64,000 bases of DNA. Origin: Octopus vulgaris. Taxonomy: Eukaryota. Positions 1-12,874 of the stretch are shown in pieces. Numbering within the stretch: position 1 is the first letter of the stretch; each line of letters starts with the position of its first letter. The stretch is from assembly GCA_951406725.2 (NCBI GenBank), contig OX597824.1, forward strand, positions 23,870,001 to 23,934,000, read 5' to 3'. Made by a program: the position numbers and the translations under genes. The notes beneath the pieces were generated by a model, which saw only the letters and a program-made list of their open reading frames with translations, ran no database searches and had not been told where the DNA came from.

Positions 1-181
1 TTGAAGAACTTTTTTAATCGAATGAATCGAACCCAGTATTTTCTTTCTTTTTTTCTTTTTTAGCTTGGTACATATCTTATCGGTGTTTGTTGTCCGAACC
101 ATTAAGTTACGGAGACGTAAAAAACCCAACACCGAGTGTCAAGCATTACTGGGAAACAAGCACGCACGCACACACACACAC

Positions 182-220
<39 letters not shown>

Positions 221-260
221 TGCTATGGTATCCTTTCAGTTTCCACTCACAAGGCTTTGG
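1..260 (-). mobile_element. SINE family A, degenerate partial copy
   Basis: Matches other A copies (ccgaacc..taagttacgg.gacgtaa, central CA/TA tract, ccactcacaaggctttgg). Confidence 0.75.
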
Positions 261-426
261 AAAATTCTTGAAACGATCTCCCCTTTTCACTAGGATTTTG
301 TCCCAAAAATCACTAATCGATTGTTCACAGATGCCACGTTAATGAGACCTCTATTTTAAGATCCTTATATTTATTCAACGTTTCGAACACTTATACAGAA
401 GTGTTGCAGTCGACTGGGGTTGATAT

Positions 427-472
<46 letters not shown>

Positions 473-1214
473 CTAATGCAGGAGACGCGTTGTTTTTTCT
501 TACTTCCAATCACCACATTCTCATTAATTAGTATATACAGGTCTTTATTATAATTGAGTAGCTTCCCCAAAGTTTTTCTTTGCTTTTTCATTTGTTCTTG
601 TTTTGTTTTATTTTTTACTTTTATTTATTTATTTATTTATTTGCTTTTTTTTCCTACGTCTGACTCTCTCAGTTCCTATCGTTCTCACTCTCTCACTTCC
701 TTGCACACAACCTACATACTTCCTGGCACTTCTCCCCCATTTTTTTTATCTCTCCAGCTCGGGAAATACCTATCTATCATGGTCTCTGTTGAATCGATAT
801 ATTCTACTCTTTTTATAGTTACTATTTTCCTCACAGTTATTTTTTCAAAAATATAATTTTGGTTTCTGCTTTAATTTTTTATTACATTTTCATCCTGTTC
901 TAAATAATTACCTTTTTTTTTCCGGTGTAAATTAGCTTCCATTTTGTACTTTACTATTTCCGTATATATATAGATATAAGGGGGTTTTTTATAGTCATTT
1001 TTTATTTACGCTTCCTTATTATACTAATTAGTAAAATTTTCTTTGTCTTTTACTCTTCTATCACACCATACTATATATAAAAATAATTAAATGTCTCCCT
1101 TAATAAAGTATATAAATATACATATAAATATAGATTATTCAATGCAGCGTCAAATATGTATGTATTGAGTGGGAATTCCACTTTCGCCTAACGGGTGCTC
1201 AGCCATGTTGATTA

Positions 1215-1707
1215 CCGTAAATCCTAGAGTATAGTCCTCCCTTGAGTATAATATGCAGGGGATTTTTAGGGGGCTGTACCTCTGAAAAACCTAAACCTTC
1301 TCTAACTTGAGTCAAGGGGGTCTATATAACATCCTTATTTTGTAAAACTGTATACGGTAACCTCTTTTATTATTATTGTATATATAACATTATGCAAACA
1401 TGTAGCTTTTTTGTGCATTTTGTTTGCAGAAAATAAAGAAATAACAGTAATAACGTTTAATAAATGTTGCTTACTGCAAGTTATGGATGATTCTTTTATG
1501 ACTTCATTGCTTTCAGGCTTAGCTTAAGGTATTTTCGCGCCCGACGTCACAAAATGCGTCTGAATAAACATTGCCGGACAGCAAATAGAGACTCGGACAT
1601 TGCTTAGAAAATAATTTTCATTTTTAACCTCGTATATAGTACGCACTAGGGATTTTGACTTTTAAATTTTTTGGGGGAAAATGCGGATTATACTCGAGGA
1701 TTTACGG
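1215..1707. mobile_element. Non-autonomous Tc1/mariner-superfamily (Tc2/pogo-like) MITE
   Basis: TIRs ccgtaaatcctagagtata / tatactcgaggatttacgg, with TA on both sides (1213-14, 1708-09). Confidence 0.85.
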
Positions 1708-1779
1708 TAAGTTATTAGGCGAAACATAGTACTAGTAAATACCCTATAACTGCTTCAATTCATTATTTATATCATAACG

Positions 1780-1991
1780 AAGGCGACGAGCTGGCAGAAT
1801 CGTTAACACGCCGGGCAAAATGCTTTGCGGCATTTCTTGTCTTTACGTTCTGCGTTCAAATTTCACCGAGGTCCACTTTGTCTTTCATCCTTTCGGGGTC
1901 GATGAAATAAGTACCAGTTAAAAACTCTGGTCGATGTAATCGTCTAGTACCCATCACCCAAACTTCAGGCTTTGTTCTTATTGTAGAAAGG
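1780..1991 (+). mobile_element. SINE family B' (B head and body with an alternative 3' tail)
   Basis: tRNA-like head ggcgacgagctggcagaatcg..gttcaaattt, body ctttcatcctttcggggtcgat, tail ..tagaaagg; 16-bp TSD attatttatatcataa (1762-1777, 1992-2007). Confidence 0.85.
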
Positions 1992-2149
1992 ATTATTTAT
2001 ATCATAATGCTTCCTCTTCATGGCGTCGCAGCTGTCGTGTAACAGTGTAGATATTAGGATGGTGGGTTCGATTCCGCAGTATGTAGATTTAATTATTTTA
2101 TAATTTCTGTCAAAGATTTATCCTTATTAGTCCCTTAAGATTAGTCTTT

Positions 2150-2360
2150 TTTATCTTTTATCTTTTATTATTTACTTGTTTCAGTCATTGGACTGCGGCC
2201 ATGCAGGTGCACTGCCTTAAAGGGTTTTAATTCCTAAAATAGACCCCAGTACTTTTTCTAGAAAATTTGTACTCATTTTGTGGGTCTAAGTTACACGAAC
2301 GTAAACAGACCAGCATCGGTTGTCAAACGATGGGAGTGACAAACACAAACACACACATGT

Positions 2361-2419
<59 letters not shown>

Positions 2420-2617
2420 GGGGGAGTTTGTGTGTGTCTGTGTGTCTGAGTGCGTGAGGGGCACACAGTTTTGCTCTAGCAAATTCACTCACAAATTATT
2501 GATCGGCCCGAAGCTATAACAAAGACACTTGCCCAAGCTGCCACACAGTGAAATCGAACATTAAACCACGTGTTTGCAAAGCAATCTTCTTGAACACACA
2601 GCCATGCATGTGCCTAT
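2150..2617 (-). mobile_element. SINE family A, diverged full-length copy
   Basis: tacttgtttcagtcattggactgcggccatg ... (GT)n ... cttgcccaag ... cacacagccatg. Confidence 0.8.
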
Positions 2618-2725
2618 AGTTTTGGACAATAGCCTTCCTAAGTCGACTAAAATTTCCCTTTCTATTCAGCCCCAATTAATCAAAGATTTCTTGCGACATA
2701 GTATTCAATAAATCGCCAGTTACTG

Positions 2726-3782
2726 CTTATATTTACCCCATATTAATAGCCTATATTTACTTCATCTTAATAGTCTGTATTTGCTTCATATCAATACCCT
2801 ATACTTATTTCATATCTGTAGCCTATATTTGCCTCATATAAATAGCCTATATTTGCTTCATATCAATAGCCTATATTTTCTTGATATTAATAGCCTATAG
2901 TTGCTCTATATCGATTGTTTCGGTAGCCTATATTTCAGTAGCCTATATTTCAGTAGCCTATATATCAGTAGCCTATATTTGCCTCATATAAATAGCCTAT
3001 ATTTGCTTCATATTAATAACCTATATTTGCTCTATATTGATAGTCCATATTTGCTTCACATCAAAAGTCTATATTGGTTTCATATTATTTAGCCTATATT
3101 TATTTCATATGAATAGCCTATATTTGCTTCATATCAATAGTCTATATTTGTTTCATATCAAAAGCCGATATTTGCTTCATACAAATAGCCTATATTTATT
3201 TCATATGAATAGCCTATATTTGATTCATAGCCTGTATTTGCTCACAACAAATTCGTCTATATTTTCTTCACATGAATAGCCTATATATTTACTTCACATG
3301 AATAGCCTATATTTACTTCACATCAATAGCCTATATTTTCTTCATATAAATAGCCTGTATTTGCTTCATATCAATATTGTGCATTTACTTCACAACAATA
3401 GCCTATATTTATTTCATATCAATAGTCTGTATTTACTGCAAATCAATAGCCTATATTTACCCCATACCAATAGTCCATATTCGCTTCATATCAAAAGCCG
3501 ATATTTGCTTCATACAAATAGCCTATATTTATTTCATATGAATAGCCTAGATTTGTTTCATATTAATAGACTATATTTGTTTCATAGCCTTTATTTGCTT
3601 CATATAAATTGCCTATATTTACTTCACATCAATAGCCAGTATTTACTTCATGCCAATAGCCTTATATCAATAGCCTATATTTGCTTCATATCAATACCCT
3701 ATATTTACCTCATATTAATAACCTATATTTGCTTCATATTTATCAATCGCCTGTATTTACTTCATATCAATAGTTCATATTT
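2726..3782. repeat. Minisatellite, ~24-bp unit (aatagcctatatttgcttcatatc), about 40 degenerate copies
   Basis: Unit is visible directly; + strand translation gives (INSLYLLH)n. Confidence 0.9.
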
Positions 3783-4154
3783 CCCTTCTGTCGTATCTGT
3801 AACTGCAGGCTTTACACACTCTAAGTAGATTTAATCTTATTTTATATCTTATTAAAGATTATTCCCTGATAGACCTTTATGTTTAGTCTTAGACAATAAA
3901 GTCCCTTACTCCAATAATGTTGTCAGATCTCTTCCACCACAGCCCCTTCCATTACGACCCCCACCACAGACAGACTCACAGTGTATCTAAAGTCTCATTT
4001 TCAAATGTGTCTTTTGTTTATATGTATGCATGCATACAGACACACTTGTATACACACATACACACATATATACATATTACCCCTCATTTATGTATAGATA
4101 TACACATATATCTATAACTCGCCTCCTCTTTCTCCCTCTCTGTATTTATGCATG

Positions 4155-4203
<49 letters not shown>

Positions 4204-4437
4204 GTTAGAGAAAACATGACAACAAAACCAAGGCAGGACAAATATCTCAGGTCATTTAGAGTAGTTAATTAGAGTAAGTTGAATTAGAAGTAATTGGTAC
4301 CTGCTAACTTAGAAGCCTACTACGAATCCCTAGCTCCACCCTGAGCTGTGAACTTGAAACCTAGCAGACGACCAATTATATCACATACATAGCGTACCTA
4401 TTCGTTTAGATCACCTGTGAATAAGAACGAACGAATT

Positions 4438-4678
4438 TGAAAATGCAGTGGAATTCGTTTAGAATTTTTAACTTCAAATTTTTGAAGGCCTAACCGGTTT
4501 CGCACATTTCATTGATTTTCAAAAGTTGAGATAGACAGACGTGGAGCTATGCTGCAACTGTCTTGCTTCAAGTCGTTCTATCTCAAGTCTTGAAAATCAG
4601 AGAAATCTGTAAAAACCGGTTAAGACTTTAAGAATTTAAAATAAAAAAAATATCTAAACGACTCCAAGTGCATTTTCA
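4438..4678. repeat. Foldback element with ~100-bp imperfect inverted arms
   Basis: tgaaaatgca..cgtttaga..taaccggttt..tgattttcaa..ttgagataga is mirrored by tctatctcaa..ttgaaaatca..aaaccggtta..tctaaacg..tgcattttca. Confidence 0.75.
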
Positions 4679-4729
4679 ACTTCCGATTTCTACATTTCTA
4701 TTTGTGTGAAATAAATGAACTTTACTTTG

Positions 4730-4793
<64 letters not shown>

Positions 4794-4825
4794 ATATATA
4801 TACTAATAAATGCGCTCTTTTAAAG

Positions 4826-5054
4826 CCTAGCTAGGCTTATGGGCCCGGTTTCCCGGTTTCTATGGCGTATGTATTTCCCAGCTGGACGGGACGCCAGTCC
4901 ATTACAGTGTTACTCATTTTTGCCAGCTAAGTGGACTGGAGCAACGTGAAATGAAGTGTTTTGCTCAAGAACACAACGCGTCGCCTGGTCCAGGAATCGA
5001 AACCACAATCTTACGTTCATGATGCTGACACCCTAACCACTAAGCCACGCGCCT

Positions 5055-5058
<4 letters not shown>
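4826..5058 (-). mobile_element. tRNA-derived SINE family D
   Basis: Reverse-complement head gtggaggcgcgtggcttagtggttagg (A box) and gtttcgattcc (B box), then ttgtgttcttgagcaaaacact core; related copies at 7810-7962, 13410-13460, 58320-58650. Confidence 0.8.
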
Positions 5059-5093
<35 letters not shown>

Positions 5094-5189
5094 CATACAC
5101 ATGCAAACATACATACATACATACATACATACATACATACATACATACATACATACATGCATGCATGCATACATACATACATACATACA

Positions 5190-5221
<32 letters not shown>

Positions 5222-5222
5222 A

Positions 5223-5392
5223 AGGGCGTATTTTCAATCAGTTTTCCTCCACCAATTTCACTCTCCAGACGATAATCAATAATCGATCGAGGGCTTTATA
5301 GTAGAAGACATTTGCCCAAGGTGCTGCACAATGGAACTGAACCCAAGACCACGTGACTGCGAAGCGAACTTCTTAACCACTGGGCCAATGCT
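5223..5392 (-). mobile_element. SINE family A, 5' half
   Basis: gtagaagacatttgcccaaggtgc..actgaaccc..cttcttaaccac. Confidence 0.7.
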
Positions 5393-5653
5393 CACACCAA
5401 CGTGTGTATGTATGTGCATGTGTCTGTGTATTTGTGCGTTGTGTGTGTACGTGCGTATGTGTGTGTATGTGTGTGTTTAAACCGTCGGTAGGTGCAAGTA
5501 TTCAAAACATGAAAAGCTTTTAATTAAAAATCATTAACTTCTTCTCACGCACTAAATTAGTTATAAAATATAATCAAAAAGATTATAGTATCGATTAGAA
5601 GTGATAGATCACATTATAGACATGTGAAATGTATGTAACATAATCTGCGTATA

Positions 5654-5714
<61 letters not shown>

Positions 5715-5715
5715 G

Positions 5716-5762
<47 letters not shown>

Positions 5763-5766
5763 ATGT

Positions 5767-5828
<62 letters not shown>

Positions 5829-6271
5829 ATATATATATGTATGTATATGTATATATATGTATATATATATATATGTATATATATGTGTATGTATGTATAT
5901 GTGTATGTAATGTAACATGTGTATATGTATGTATAAGTGTATGTAATTGAATGTTATGTATATAGATATGTGTAATGTATGTTTGAAAGCACGCATATAC
6001 TATATGTCTCTAGGTGTGTATATATATTTAATGAAATCTAAGTAAGGTATATATATGTACTTATGTAATAGGAGTGCCCGCGTGTGCGTGTGTCTGCTTC
6101 ATTTGTCTGCATGGGTGGGTGTATGTATGCGTTTAGGGGTGTGTATATGTGTGCGCATATATAAAAGATATCCCTTTTAATTTTTAGATATATACACTTT
6201 TACATACATACACTTCACAGTATGTGTGTGTCAGAGAGAGAAAGTGAGAGAGCGTGTCGTATGTGTGCGTG

Positions 6272-6355
<84 letters not shown>

Positions 6356-6849
6356 TGTGTGTTTCTGTGCACTGTCTTGAATTTATGTATTTATATTTGT
6401 GTCTGATTCTGCGCATATGTATGTATGTATGTATGTTTCCGCGTGTATATGTGTGTATGTGTGCATGTTTCCGCATGTGTGTGTGTGTGTGTGTGTGTGT
6501 TGTTTTTGTTGTTGTTGTTGTTTCTTAGCTCCATGTTAACTCACAGCGAGTAGTTTAATGATGGAAAACGTTCCGATTGTGACCAACCCACTTTTTGATA
6601 TGTCTTGTAATTAATTACATTCTGCAAATGTCTTCCCTGCCATTTTTAAAATTAAGATAGCAGGGCGTGACTTGAGGCAGACTCACTTACCATTTCCAGC
6701 AGCTTCAGCGACCTTGCACGTATGATGTGTCTTTTATCTTTTACTTAGACAATGGCCATGCTGTAGCACCGCCTTGAAGTGTTTAGTGGAAGAAATCGAC
6801 CTCAGCACTTTTCTTTTTACTGAAAAATTTACTACTTAAGTTTACTACT

Positions 6850-7125
6850 TACGCAGGGGTGCTGAGAAGTTCCTGGTTTTGGGTAAAAAAAACATAGAAA
6901 AGTCAGTTAATTATGATTTTATTCAACTTATTCCCCTCTCAGATTCACACGCGTATTGCACACACAGTTATTGCAGTGGTCCTTCAGTTTTTCTAAATCC
7001 TGTAAAAGAATTCGGAAGGTTCACCCTCCAACTAGGACGTCTGCGATACCCATAAAGCCAGGACCTTTTCAACGTCCTCTCGTATGTATGTACACACGCA
7101 CACGCACGCACACGCACACGCACGC

Positions 7126-7209
<84 letters not shown>

Positions 7210-7669
7210 GGGAGTGCTGAAAATCTCCTGGCTTTGGGTAAAAGAAAATACAGGAGGAACAGTTAATTATGATTTTATCCCACATATTCCTCTCTCAGAT
7301 TTACACACTAATTGCAGCGGCCCTTCAGGTTTTTCTAAACCCTGTAAAAGAACTGGGAAGGTTCAACCTCCAGCCAGGCCGTTTGCGATACCCATAAAGC
7401 CAGGACCTTTTCAACGCCCTCTCGTATGTATGTACACACACACACACATACGAGGAAGTGCTGAAAATCTCCTGGCTTTGGGTAAGAGAAAATACAGGAG
7501 GATCAGTTAATTATGATTTTATCCAACATATTCCCCTCTCAAATTCACACATTTATTGCAGCGGCCCTTCAGTCTTTCTAAGCCCTGTAAAAGAACTCGA
7601 AATGTTGGGCGTCCAATCAGGCCTGCTGCGATACCCTTAAAACCAGGAACTCTTTAGCATCCCCTCGTA
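6850..7669. mobile_element. Three tandem ~220-bp mariner-type MITEs (6850-7084, ~7206-7426, 7449-7669) separated by (CA)n
   Basis: TIRs tacgagg..gtgctgaaaa..tcctggcttt / aaagccagga..ttttcaacg..cctcgta. Internal ttattcaacatattcccct reads GEYVE* on the - strand, a mariner transposase C-terminus. Confidence 0.85.
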
Positions 7670-7809
7670 TTCTATCGGACCCTAATGTCAAGCAGTAAAA
7701 TTAAGGGAACGTGAACAAACCAACACAAGATGGCAAACGGTAATGGGTGACAAACACAAAGACACACACTCCTTTGTATTTGTCTTCTGCGATATATGTC
7801 CGAGACAGC

Positions 7810-7962
7810 TTGGCACCAGTGATGTGGCAACACATTTCTACGGAGCAACCTGAAATAAAGTGTCTTGCTCAAGAACACAACACACAGCCCAGTCCGGGAA
7901 TCGAACTCACAACCTCACGATCGCAAGCTCGACGCTCTAACCACTGATCCATGTACCTTCAC
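7810..7962 (-). mobile_element. SINE family D-like, 5' part
   Basis: gtgtcttgctcaagaacacaac..gggaatcgaactc..ctctaaccactga; reverse complement matches 58320 onward. Confidence 0.75.
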
Positions 7963-8025
<63 letters not shown>

Positions 8026-8122
8026 ATGTGTGTGTATGTATGTATGTATGTATGTATGTATGTATGTATGTATGTATGTATGTATGTATGTATGTATATA
8101 TGCGTGTATGTAAATATGCATA

Positions 8123-8280
8123 GGGCGGGCTTCTTTCAGTTTCTCTCAACCAAATCCACTCTCAATGCTTTGGTCGGCCCGGAGCCATAGTAGAAGACAC
8201 ATGTTTAATGTGCCACGCAATGGAACTGAACCTGGAACCATGTGGTTGAGATACTGCTTCCCACACAACCACGCCTACGG
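8123..8280 (-). mobile_element. SINE family A, 5' half
   Basis: gggcttctttcagttt..caaatccact..ggaactgaacctggaaccatgtggttg. Confidence 0.8.
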
Positions 8281-8331
8281 CAATATATATGTGTATATGT
8301 GTGTATGTGTGCGTATGTGTGTGTATGTGTG

Positions 8332-8377
<46 letters not shown>

Positions 8378-8945
8378 AAGGAAAGAGAGAGAGATAGAAA
8401 CATACAGGCAGACTGATAGACAAATATACTTGCGTATATATATCAAAATATGAATAAAAGTCCATGTCTAATATGTGCATTTGGGCATATATATATATAT
8501 ATATAAATATATATATATATAGTTATGAAATATCTGTATTTGAAGGAGTAAATGTCATAAGATTTTGTTTCATTCAGTTTTATTATGGCGTATTTTTTTT
8601 TTTTTGTTGATTAATTATAGTCAAATTATTTTGTTTAAATCTTATTTCAAAACTATACCAAGTGGTTTGGAGTGTGTTTCGAAACTGCATTTTAATTCGA
8701 ACCTAACCTATCTGAATGCATCCTCATTGGTCGAAAGCACTGATCCGTGACCGCATCATGCGTCACAATCGTTTAAGTCTTCAAGCTGGCATTTGCTCTT
8801 GTAGAACATTATTTCGATACAACTTGTTGCTGCATATTAAATAAAGAGATGACGCCAAAATTAGAACAGTCTGGTATGTTTGTTAATGCTATACATATAC
8901 ATACATACATATATATATACATATATATACATATATATATATAGG

Positions 8946-9018
<73 letters not shown>

Positions 9019-9049
9019 TTACATATCAAAGACCAAAGTGTACGTCCGC

Positions 9050-9095
<46 letters not shown>

Positions 9096-9100
<5 letters not shown>

Positions 9101-9362
9101 CAAAATGGGACAAGAATGCAAAACATCCAGACAGGAATCTAATGCTCTCAGCTTAGTTTTTCCTTGGGGCTGGCCAGATTGGAACAATCTCGTGTATAAC
9201 CAGCCGAAATTGCAAAGACGATCTGGAACTCGACTGAGGAAAGAAAACTCCGAATGACCCGTCCATGTTTTCTTTGTATCGTCTATCTGGATATTTTGTT
9301 GTCCCTTTTTTGCATCACGTAACTGTCTGGATATTTTGCGTTCTTGTTCCGTTTTGTATTTT
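9096..9362. mobile_element. Short element with ~40-bp inverted ends in (TA)n, probably Penelope-like pseudo-LTR derived
   Basis: aaatacaaaatgggacaagaatgcaaaacatccagacag vs ctgtctggatattttgcgttcttgttccgttttgtattt; internal degenerate ctgagga..ccgaat..gtc. Confidence 0.55.
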
Positions 9363-9372
9363 ATATATATAC

Positions 9373-9443
<71 letters not shown>

Positions 9444-9499
9444 CACAGACACGCATATATATATATATATATATATATCTGGATCTTGCCTTCTCCTAT

Positions 9500-9534
9500 G
9501 TTTCCGACGAAGAGCTCCGCTCGAAACGTTAAAC
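9500..9534 (+). ncRNA. Minimal type I hammerhead-like motif (core variant CCGACGA) in a ~150-bp repeat also found at 46050-46245 and 52650-52850
   Basis: gttt-CCGACGA-a-gagc tcc gctc-GAAAC-GTT-aaac; stems I and II pair, helix III is the palindrome AACGTT. Confidence 0.6.
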
Positions 9535-9786
9535 CCTCCTTCTTTCCTGAGCGTCCAATAATACTATATTTGTTCTACGTCCTCGCGTTGTTGTGTTTTC
9601 TCTTTGTGTTTTCATGTTTGGATTAACTATATATATATATATATATACACCCTTTAAGTTTGTTTATGGTAACATGTAAGGGTGCGCAAATAAGGCTCAA
9701 GGCCCCTATTTCATTATGGCGGCTACTGTCTGATGATACTGATTAGCGACTCAGTTTTTCGGGGTTGCATCATGATTATACCGATA

Positions 9787-10189
9787 TACTGTTTTACTTG
9801 TTTCAGTCATTTGACTGCGGCCATGCTGGAGCACTGCCTTTAATCAAGCAACTCGACCGCGGGACTTATTCTTTTGTAAGCCCAGTACTTATTCTATCGG
9901 TCTCTTTTGCCGAACCGCTAAGTAACGGGGACATAAACACACCAGCGTCGGTTGTCAAGCAATGCTAGGGGGACAAACACAGACACACAAATACACACAC
10001 GCATACATATATATATACATATATACGATGGGCTTCTTTCAGTTTTCGTCTACCAAATCCACTCACAAGGCATTGGTCGGCCCGAGGCTATAGTGGAAGA
10101 CAATTGCCCAAGGTGCCACGCAGTGGGACTGAACCCTGAACCATGTGGTTGGTAAACAAGCTACTTACCACACAGCCACTCCTGCGCCT
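9787..10189 (-). mobile_element. SINE family A, full length
   Basis: Reverse complement: aggcgcaggagtggctgtgtggtaag (A box), ggttcagtccc (B box), CORE-like ccttgggcaa, central TA/TG tract, tail aatgactgaaacaagtaaaa. Confidence 0.92.
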
Positions 10190-10641
10190 ATATAATGTAG
10201 AATAAATATAATAATAACAGTAATTCTAGGATGGAATTAATATATATTTAATACATTGCTACGCACGTTTCCACAAATTACATGACTTTAACATCAGAGG
10301 CTATATCCTTTTGATGGGTACCGTAGAGTCCGTATTATTCGTAGGCATCAGCTTGATCATCATTATTGATTCATTTCATCAGGCGATACTGCATTAGTGG
10401 ATGAATCACAGAGGGATGTTTATCCCTTCTTGCCAGTATGAAGGCCAATCGAGCTATATATAATTAATATAAACAGCCAGGAAAAATTCCCTCATCACTA
10501 CGTGTGACTAAGAATGCCGCAGCACTGGCATTTCTAGAAATCAGTGTTTAAATACACTTAGCGCTGTAAAAGGAGCGCAAATGCATACACATATACAGAC
10601 AGGGTAGGCAACTGCCTCATGACTGACTCAAAGATCTCCGT

Positions 10642-10697
<56 letters not shown>

Positions 10698-10748
10698 AAA
10701 AGAAATTGATGGCGAAGATTTAAAAAAATAGACAGAGGAGAAATAAAG

Positions 10749-11165
10749 GCCTTCCCAACCACACCGTTTCGGGTTCAATCCCTCAACGAGACACCTTGAA
10801 CAAATGACTTCTGCCATAAACTTATTTCTTTATTGCCCACAAGGGGCAAAACATAGAGGGGGACAAACAAGGACACACAAAGAGGTTAAGTCGATTATAT
10901 CGACCCCAGTGCGTAACTGGTACTTAATTTATCGACCACAAAAGGATGAAAGGGAAAGTCGACCTCGGAGGAATTTGAACTCAGAACGTAACGGCAGATG
11001 AAATACCTATTTCTTTACTACCCACAAGGGGCTAAATACAGAGAGGACAAACAAGGACAGACATACGGATTAAGTCGATTACATCGACCCCAGTGCGTAA
11101 CAGGTACTTAATTTATCGACCCCGAAAGAAAGAAAGGCAAAGTCGACCTCGGAGGAACGTAACGG
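10749..11165 (-). mobile_element. SINE family B dimer (10823-11165) abutting a family A head fragment (10749-10822, + strand)
   Basis: Two units of tatttcttta..cccacaagggg..aaggcaaagtcgacctcgg, joined at gaaatacc|tatttc. Confidence 0.85.
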
Positions 11166-11513
11166 CTTGCTTCCAAACCACTTGGTTTCGGGTTCAGTCC
11201 TACTGCATGGCACCTTGGCCAAGTGATTTCTACTGTAGCCTCGGGTCGACCGAAACCTTGTGAGTGGATTTGGTAGACGGAAACTGAAAGAAGCCAGTCG
11301 TGTGTGTGTGTGTGTTTTTGTGTGTTTGTCTCCTCCACCCCCACCCAACAATTGACATCTGGTGTCGGTGTGTTTGCATCCCTGTAACTTAGCGGTTCAG
11401 CAAAAGAGACGGAGAGACTTAGATAATAAGAACTGTGGTCGAATCGTTCGGCTAAAAAATTGAAGGCAGTGCCCCAGTATGACCGCAGTCTAATGACTGA
11501 AACAAGTAAAAGA
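11166..11513 (+). mobile_element. SINE family A, 5'-clipped
   Basis: gggttcagtcc..ggcaccttggcc..gtgagtggatttggtagacggaaactg..aatgactgaaacaagtaaaaga. Confidence 0.85.
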
Positions 11514-11681
11514 TGAACGGTAAAATATAAGAAGAATGAATGAGGAATTTACTAAGCGAATTGTTAGAATTTCAAATACCATTCGTTGCAGGAATTTTTC
11601 CAACACCTGAATTTATCTCTTAAAGATTGTATCAATATGAAGCTTTAATTGGAAAATTTTTTTTTTTTTAAGTATACCTAA

Positions 11682-12102
11682 AGTAGGAGTGGCTGTGTGA
11701 TAAGTAGCTTGCTTACAAACCACATGGTTCCGGGTTCAGTCCCACTCCGTGGCACCTTGGGCAAGTGTTTTCTGTTATAGTCTCTGGCTGACCAAAGCCT
11801 TGTGAGTGGATTTGGTAGACGGAAGGTGAAAGAAGCCCGTCGTATATATGTATATATATATATATGTATGTGTATGTGTATATGTTTGTGTGTCTGTGTT
11901 TGTCCCCTCCCCCAACATCGCTTGACAACCGATGCTGGTGTGTTTACGTCCCCGTAACTTAGCGGTTCGGCAAAAGAGACCGATAAGATAAGTACTAGGC
12001 TTAACAAAGAATAAGTATCCTGGGATCGATTTGCTCGACTAAATGCGGTGCTCCAGCATGGCCTCAGGCAAAAGGACCGAAACAAGTAAAAGAGTAAAAG
12101 AA
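11682..12102 (+). mobile_element. SINE family A, full length
   Basis: A and B boxes, CORE-like motif, (gtaaaaga)n tail. Confidence 0.9.
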
Positions 12103-12874
12103 TGAAGTGTAACGGATTTGAACCTGAGAACCACGAAGCTGAAGCAAACGTCATGCCTGCACCCACAGCAAAAAAAATAACAAAATGGCAACAACACAAC
12201 TGTGAAACAAAGAAACATCAAAAGCTCAATAGAAATATATTTGCATATTTTCCCCTCTGACCGAAAGGTCATCGAGAATAAATTGTGGTAACATTCCGAT
12301 TTTTTAATGTTCAATTGCATTCCATTCCCATGACCCCTAGGCCTACATCACAAGGAGATCAGCCTCCATTAACCATCCTCTTCCCGCCAACCCCCGGTTT
12401 CTATAAACCCTATCACTAAAATCCTTAATCGTAGTATTATGGAGGCTGTGACTTGTTCCGTTCCTGTGAGACTATGCCCTCTTCACCTCTCACCATGTAC
12501 AGTCTTTATAGTGTAAAATATATGCGAGGATGTAAGCCTACCCAGCCACTAAAAAAAAGAAATTAATAAATAAGCAATCGAGAGTAAAATGGCGCAAATT
12601 GCTACGCCTACTCCTTGATAGGTGCTCTCTTTCAACCGATATGTCTGTGTGTGTAGGTGAGTGCATATATAGGTGTGTGAGTGTGGGAATATGCCCAGTG
12701 TGAAGCGGAGAAGACCATGGTTTAAATGCCTATTCAGTACATATTATGGTTTGATGTGGCTAATGGTAGCAAGTGGATATGTCTGTTGGTAGCAAGAGGC
12801 CCCCACAAGGAACCCGTCCTTTTCAACGGGTCTAGTAATCAGACTCAGATTATTAAGGGTAATTAATTTCTTTA

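Noticed and set aside
12310-12415. Possible non-LTR RT remnant on the - strand (DRVYRNRGLAGRGW)
   Set aside because: A single short motif with no supporting flanking similarity.
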